Shown here: piece by piece, positions 28,225-33,440 of the stretch
How the letters are laid out: every line of letters begins with the position of its first letter
Numbering within the stretch: position 1 is the first letter of the stretch
NCBI GenBank assembly: GCA_038325895.1
Contig: JBBQJM010000001.1
Coordinates: forward strand, 1-33,440
Direction of reading: 5' to 3'
Length of the DNA stretch: 33,440 bases
From: Mycobacteriales bacterium
GTDB taxonomy: Bacteria > Actinomycetota > Actinomycetes > Mycobacteriales > Nakamurellaceae
Program-made: the position numbers and the translations under genes
The notes under the pieces: model-generated
What the model was told of the DNA's origin: nothing
Databases searched by the model: none
Seen by the model: only the letters and a program-made list of their open reading frames with translations

Positions 28225-28965
28225 CTACTGAGCGACAGCAGATCGGTGGTGCGCAGGTCCAGCCAGCGTGTCGATGATCAAGGCGCAGGCACCCTCCATG
28301 CCGGTGCCGAGGTATCGCCCTGGCAGTTGCCGTCGGCTGTCCTCCGAGTCGAAGGCGTCGCCCGTGAAGAACACCGGGAAATTCAGCGTGTCGACGGCAT
28401 TGAGCGAGATTACTGCGTGCGCCCGACCCCGTCCGTCGGTGGAGCTGACGACGACGCCGGCTGCATCGGCCGCTTGTGCGGCGATCGTCAGCGTGAACGG
28501 GGATACCCGGGCACCCAGCACCCGGCATGGCAGGCGTCGGAACCGCAGCAGCAGAGCCAGGGACTCGAGATCGACCATCTGGCGATCGCGCGGGCCGCAG
28601 GCCAGCAGGATTGGTCCCATTTCCTGTGGAGTGGGTGCGAACGATCCTCGATGGTTCAGCCACGTCCGGACTGCTTCGGTGGCCATGAGGTGCTGACCCG
28701 GGTCGTTCTGACCGGTGGCCAGTAGCCGGCGCAGTTGCCGCATCGCCGGTATCAGGATGTCATCGACGCACCGAGCCAGCCCCATGACGGACGTCGCGAG
28801 GTCAAGCTGGGCCTGGACTTCGGTGGGATCCAGATGCTGTGCCGCCTGCACCACGCAGCGAACAAGCTGTGTCGCAAACGCTTCGGCGCCAAGTCCGGCT
28901 GTGCTCGCCGGCTGAGTCTGATCGATGGGTGCGCCGCCCCCGACAGACGGCGCAGCCTCCGACAA
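28225..28965 (-). CDS. CarH-like B12-binding-domain protein lacking the MerR HTH
   Basis: Clear paralog of the C-terminal part of 29468-30394 (MATEAVRxWL, ILLACGP, PCRVLGA, FxxGxAF, PGRxLG). TTG start after GAAAGGGG. Confidence 0.75.
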   Translation of the reverse strand: MSEAAPSVGGGAPIDQTQPASTAGLGAEAFATQLVRCVVQAAQHLDPTEVQAQLDLATSVMGLARCVDDILIPAMRQLRRLLATGQNDPGQHLMATEAVRTWLNHRGSFAPTPQEMGPILLACGPRDRQMVDLESLALLLRFRRLPCRVLGARVSPFTLTIAAQAADAAGVVVSSTDGRGRAHAVISLNAVDTLNFPVFFTGDAFDSEDSRRQLPGRYLGTGMEGACALIIDTLAGPAHHRSAVAQ

Positions 28966-29467
28966 CGCTTGCCCCTTTCAGGCCAACGAGCGCCGAACCG
29001 CAACGACAGGGCCGCGAAATGGTTGGTACAGCATGCCCTCTCCCTCAGCCTGCCCTGCTGACCGAAGACGGGTGTGTCCCTGAGGCAACTTGCATAGTCT
29101 CGGGGCCAGGCGTCCGGCGCGGTGCCCGCCGACGCCGAGTGTGACGCGGCGAGCTGACAGGGTGCTGTCGTTCGGCTTCCATCGCTGGGCAGTCGCGGCG
29201 CCTTGTTCACCGGCGATGCCAGCCATCTGGATGTGCTGGGTGTGGTAACCCGTGTCCGCGCGGCGCAGGGGTGGCGCGGACACGGGTGGCTCGAGGTGAA
29301 CGGGCCGGACCGTGGGAACGATCGACGGCCGGACACCGACCAGCTCGTCACCCGTCCCTGACGATGTTGCCCTGCAGAGCGGCCTCACGTGGCATTGCGG
29401 GACGACTTGCATAATTTCGCGCTGGGCCGGGGCCGGCTGCGGCATGGATGCAACGGCCGTCACCCCT

Positions 29468-30394
29468 TCAGGTCGGAGGGTCAACCGGTCCGGGCTTGGT
29501 GGGTGCCAATGCCTGGGTGAGTTCCGCGCAGGCGTCGGTGATGCTGCCGCCGAGGAAGCGACCCGGTACCCCCCGCCGACTACGCTGGGTGGAGAACGCG
29601 TTTCCGGCGTAGAAGACCTCGATACCCAAGTCGCTCACGGCGCGAATCGATTGGATACCGCGGCGTCGCCCGGTCGCCAGATGGGACACCACGACGACAC
29701 CCGCAACTGCGGTGGCCCGCGCCGCCGTCGCCAGGGTGGCAGTTGACGTTTTGGCGCCCAGTACGCGGCACGGCCAGCCTTCGTATCGCAACAGCACGGC
29801 CGTTGATTCCAGGCCGATGGTGTGCAGGTCGCTGGGTCCGCAGGCAAGCAGGATAGAACGAGGCCGGGTCGGGGGCGGGGCGAAAGCGCTGCGCCGGTCG
29901 AGCCAGGCCCGAACGGCTTCGGTGGCCATCTGTTCCTGCACGACGTCGCAGTGGCCGACCGCCCACCACACGCCGATCTGGCGCATGGCCGGCAGCAACA
30001 CGTCGTCGATGCAGACGGCGAGGCCCAACGTCTCGGTCGCTTCATCGAGTCGGTCGCGGATCGACGAGGGATCCAGGCGCTCAGCGGCTCCGAGGATCTG
30101 GTGGATCAACTCCTGCGCCGGTCCTTGCCCACCCAGCAGCCTGCGCACGGATTGTGCCGCAACGGCGGCTTGCTGCCCACGGGCGATCTCATCCCGCATC
30201 AACCGCAGCGCGTTGACCTCGTCGGGCAGATACCGGCGGTGCTGACCGGGTCCACGGCTCAAGGCGGGGATGCCATACCGCAGTTCCCAGGATCGAAGTG
30301 TGGGCATTGGCACGCCAAGGATCAGGGCGACATCCTTGATCGGAACACCCCGAGGATCCCCGACCGCGACATCACCATTGGTCGACACCTCCAT
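29468..30394 (-). CDS. MerR-family regulator with cobalamin-binding domain (CarH/LitR-like)
   Basis: IKDVALILGVPMPTLRSWELRYG...HRRY (MerR HTH), W-x9-EQ and CGPSDLHTIG (D/ExHxxG). ATG after GGAGAGG. Confidence 0.88.
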   Translation of the reverse strand: MEVSTNGDVAVGDPRGVPIKDVALILGVPMPTLRSWELRYGIPALSRGPGQHRRYLPDEVNALRLMRDEIARGQQAAVAAQSVRRLLGGQGPAQELIHQILGAAERLDPSSIRDRLDEATETLGLAVCIDDVLLPAMRQIGVWWAVGHCDVVQEQMATEAVRAWLDRRSAFAPPPTRPRSILLACGPSDLHTIGLESTAVLLRYEGWPCRVLGAKTSTATLATAARATAVAGVVVVSHLATGRRRGIQSIRAVSDLGIEVFYAGNAFSTQRSRRGVPGRFLGGSITDACAELTQALAPTKPGPVDPPT

Positions 30395-30706
30395 GCGAGC
30401 CTCTCCGTCGCCCCCTCCGGTTCGCCGGGGCTTCGACATCCCGGTTGGTTGGCCCACTCCGACAATAGGCTCATATCACCCAGCGGTTCCATGGGTGCTG
30501 GCTGTGATCCGGGCCAGTCCCCATGCCGTCGGTGGTCGATCTCAAGGATGATGACACATCATCCCAGGTGCCACCTGCATGACCAGGTATGGACCGGGCG
30601 TGGTGTCGCTCGGCACGCTCACCTGCTAGCACAGGCGCGGCCTGGGCCGGACTGGCAGAACCGCCGAGAGCTGCCGCTGCCGGCGCTCGAGGCATATTTT
30701 CGGCGG

Positions 30707-31650
30707 ATGACTGTCATGGACTGGCTGCTCGACTCGGACCCTGCACTGCGCTGGCAGGTGATGCGTGACCTGGCGGGCGCACCCGGCGAGGTGGTGGCCG
30801 CGGAGCGGGCTCGGGTCGCGACCGAGGGGTGGGGCGCCCGGTTGCTGGCGCTGCGCGGCCAGGACGGCCTGTGGGCGGGTGGGGCGTGCTTCCCGGCAGA
30901 CTTCCGCGGCGACTTCTCTTAAGGCCAGCCTTGGACAGCGCCGCTGCCGACCTTGGACGCTGCTGCGGGATTTCGGCATCGATCCGAGTGCCCTGCTGAT
31001 GGGCGAGACGATCGCGCTGGTGCGCGAGAACTGCCGGTGGGAGCACGCCGGGCAGCCGTTCTTCGACGGCGAGGAGGAGCCGTGCATCAATGGGCGGACT
31101 GTCGCGATCGGCGCCTATTTCGGTGTGGGTGTCGATGCCATCGTGGCCCGATTGCTGGGCGAGCAACTCCCGGATGGCGGCTGGAACTGTGAGGCCGAGA
31201 ACGGATCGGTGTGCGCTTCGTTCGCGACGACGATCTGCGTGCTCGAAGGCTTGCTCGCGCACGAGCGGGTGACCGGTGGTTCGGCGCAGGCTGTCGCGGC
31301 CCGCCGCCGAGGAGAGCAGTACCTGCTCGACCGGTCGTTGTTCCGGCGGCTGAGCACGGGGGAGGTGGCCGACCCGGACTGGCTGCGGTTGTCTTTCCCG
31401 ACGTGGTGGCACTACGACGTGCTGCGCGCCCTTGACGACTACGCGATGCCGGGGATGCACCGGATCCACGACTGGCCGAGGCCGTCGTACTGCTGCGCTC
31501 CAAGCAACAGCCCGACGGCAGTGGTTGCTGGAACGTACCCATCCCGGCGCGGTGCACTTCTCTATAGATGACGGCGACGGCCGCCCCGGTCGATGGAACA
31601 CCTTTCGCGCGTTGCGGCTACTGGACTGGTACGACGGCACCGTTCACTGA
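30707..31650 (+). pseudogene. Disrupted prenyltransferase/squalene-cyclase-repeat-like conserved protein
   Basis: MDWLLDSDPALRWQVMRDL, TAA at 30920-30922, then FFDGEEEPCING, EQLPDGGWNC, FPTWWHYDVLRALD and GRWNTFRALRLLDWY in changing frames. Confidence 0.75.
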
Positions 31651-31691
31651 CCGCGGCGTGCGCGCACGACGATGCCGTAGTTACCTGAGGC

Positions 31692-32710
31692 ATGAAGAAG
31701 ATCGGGTTCCTCTCGTTCGGACATTGGACGCCGTCGCCGCAGTCGCAGACGCGCTCGGCATCCGACGCCCTGCTCCAGTCCATCGAGATCGCTGTCGCAG
31801 CAGAAGAACTCGGGGCGGACGGCGCGCACTTCCGGGTGCATCACTTTGCCAGGCAACTGTCGTCGCCGTTCCCGTTGCTCGCGGCCATCGGGGCCAGGAC
31901 GAGTCGGATCGAGATCGGGACCGGCGTGATCGACATGCGTTACGAGAACCCGCTCTACATGGCCGAGGATGCGGGAGCGGCGGACCTGATCGCCGGCGGT
32001 CGGTTTCACTGGGCATCAGCCGGGGATCGCCGGAACAGGTCGTCGACGGTTTTCGCTACTTCGGTTACGAACCCGCAGCGGGCTCTGACCACGCCGCGAT
32101 GGCCCGTGATCACACCAGGGTGTTCCTGGAGGTGATCAACGGGGAGGGGTTCGCGCAGCCCAACCCACGGCCGATGTTCGCGAACCCACCCGGCCTGCTC
32201 CGACTGGAGCCCCACTCGCCGGGACTTCGCGACCGGATCTGGTGGGGCGCCGGAACGCGTGCGACGGCCGAGTGGACCGCGGAGCAAGGCATGAACCTGA
32301 TGAGCTCGACGCTGCTCAGCGAGGACACCGGGGTTCCGTTCCATCAGCTCCAGGCAGAGCAGATTCAGCGGTTCAGGGATGCTTGGAAGGTCGCCGGCCA
32401 CCACCATGAACCGCGAGTCTCGGTCAGCCGCAGCATCTTTCCGGTCGTCAGCGACGTTGACCGTGCGTTCTTCGGTCGCGAGTCCGGCAGCAGGGACCAG
32501 GTCGGCCAGCTCAACGGCGGCACCGCCCGATTCGGAAAGACCTACGCGGGGGAGCCGGACCAGCTGGTCACCGATCTCGCCGAGGACGAGGCAATTGCGG
32601 CCGCCGACACACTACTTCTGACGATTCCGAACCAGCTCGGTGTCGACTACAACGCCCACCTCCTGGACAGCGTGCTGCGCTACGTCGCGCCGGGGCTCGG
32701 CTGGCGGTAA
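31692..32710 (+). pseudogene. LLM-class flavin-dependent (luciferase-like) oxidoreductase with a single frameshift near 32005; could be a sequencing error
   Basis: MKKIGFLSFGHW...FRVHHFA...IDMRYENPLYMAEDA in one frame; LGISRGSPE...LLTIPNQLG...LGWR in another. Confidence 0.85.
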
Positions 32711-32790
32711 CAGCGGAGCCAGAGCGCTCCCCTCCCCATGACGCCCCGGAATTCGAGAACCTGTGACGACACCGGCCTGGAGTGGACGGA

Positions 32791-33309
32791 TCAGGGTGCA
32801 GTACCAGCGGTTCGCTGACTGTCCACCTGGGCCTGCGCGTCGGCGAGGAGTTCGACGACGCGGGCACCGAAAGCCACATCGACCTCGTCGGGTTGACCGG
32901 AGCGCGCGGCCGCGGCGAGCTCCCGGGCAGCGACTCCTATTCCGTCGACCTGCGAGTTGTCGGGACGGATGGCATGATGGCCGATCCTTCCCGGCCCCAC
33001 ACGGCCCCTTCGAAGCAGACCGCTGCGGGCGTGGCGAACTGTGACAGGGTGGTGCTTTCCGGCGGAGGCCGCCTCCCGCGCCGTTTCAGCCTGAATGCCG
33101 GGCCGCACGGCAAAAGCCACCGCGTCGACGTTACCCAGCAGTACCGTGTCGTCGTCGTAGGCCGTCGTGTCGAGGGCAGCCGCGAGGCGTCCGGCCTCCT
33201 CGGGCCGCCGGCCCCAGACGCCTACGAGCTCGACACCTTCCGCTTGGACCAATCCGGGCCCGTGCGCCATGTGCGCCCAGGGGCCGGTTCCTACCAGGCC
33301 AAACGTCAT
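32791..33309 (-). pseudogene. Gfo/Idh/MocA oxidoreductase with a large internal deletion
   Basis: FGLVGTGPWA...VWGRR...VDAVAFAV...AGKH is not followed by the expected EKP motif and runs on to the C-terminal DVAFGARVVELL; only about 172 aa. Confidence 0.75.
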
Positions 33310-33440
33310 GAAAGCTCCTTCCTGCAGGATGATGGCCGACTGTGCTGCGTGGGTGGGTGCGGGATTCGGAATCCTATCGAGGGCGTCACTCCGCCACCGC
33401 TTCACCATCCCCATGGATTGCTCTGGACCCACGCGGAAGA

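Noticed and set aside
31990-32020. Programmed ribosomal frameshift in the LLM gene
   Set aside because: No slippery heptamer or evident stimulator. A mutation or sequencing indel is simpler given the many neighbouring lesions.

Overview
High-GC actinobacterial-type chromosomal window with no rRNA, intact tRNA, CRISPR array, integrase or transposase that I can see. Family calls come from motif recognition, not database searches. Apparently intact genes: amidohydrolase, ppk2, DUF1206 and DUF2945 proteins, an orphan ParA with a small partner, an Rv1126c-like protein, a membrane protein, cstA-ybdD, a MalT-like LuxR regulator, an MFS transporter, ArsR with a divergent NiCoT Ni/Co permease, a non-heme haloperoxidase, a YybH/YciI/ECF42 sigma module, a VOC protein and two CarH-like B12-binding-domain paralogs. 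About 14 broken genes or fragments lie between them: Rv2435c-like cyclase, Rv2434c-like MscS, M14-type peptidase, mhpB, alpha/beta hydrolase, ABC permease, response regulator, serine hydrolase, a conserved hypothetical, sulfite-oxidase-like, DUF6194, a prenyltransferase/squalene-cyclase-like protein, LLM monooxygenase and Gfo/Idh/MocA. Best leads: a tRNA-like structured element at about 9.66-9.79 kb, the orphan ParA-partner pair with upstream direct repeats, a palindromic bidirectional ECF42-type promoter, the CarH-like pair whose second copy lacks the HTH and the B12 histidine, and a repeat element bounded by perfect 16-bp inverted repeats at 1.3-1.6 kb. None is demonstrated to be a new system.
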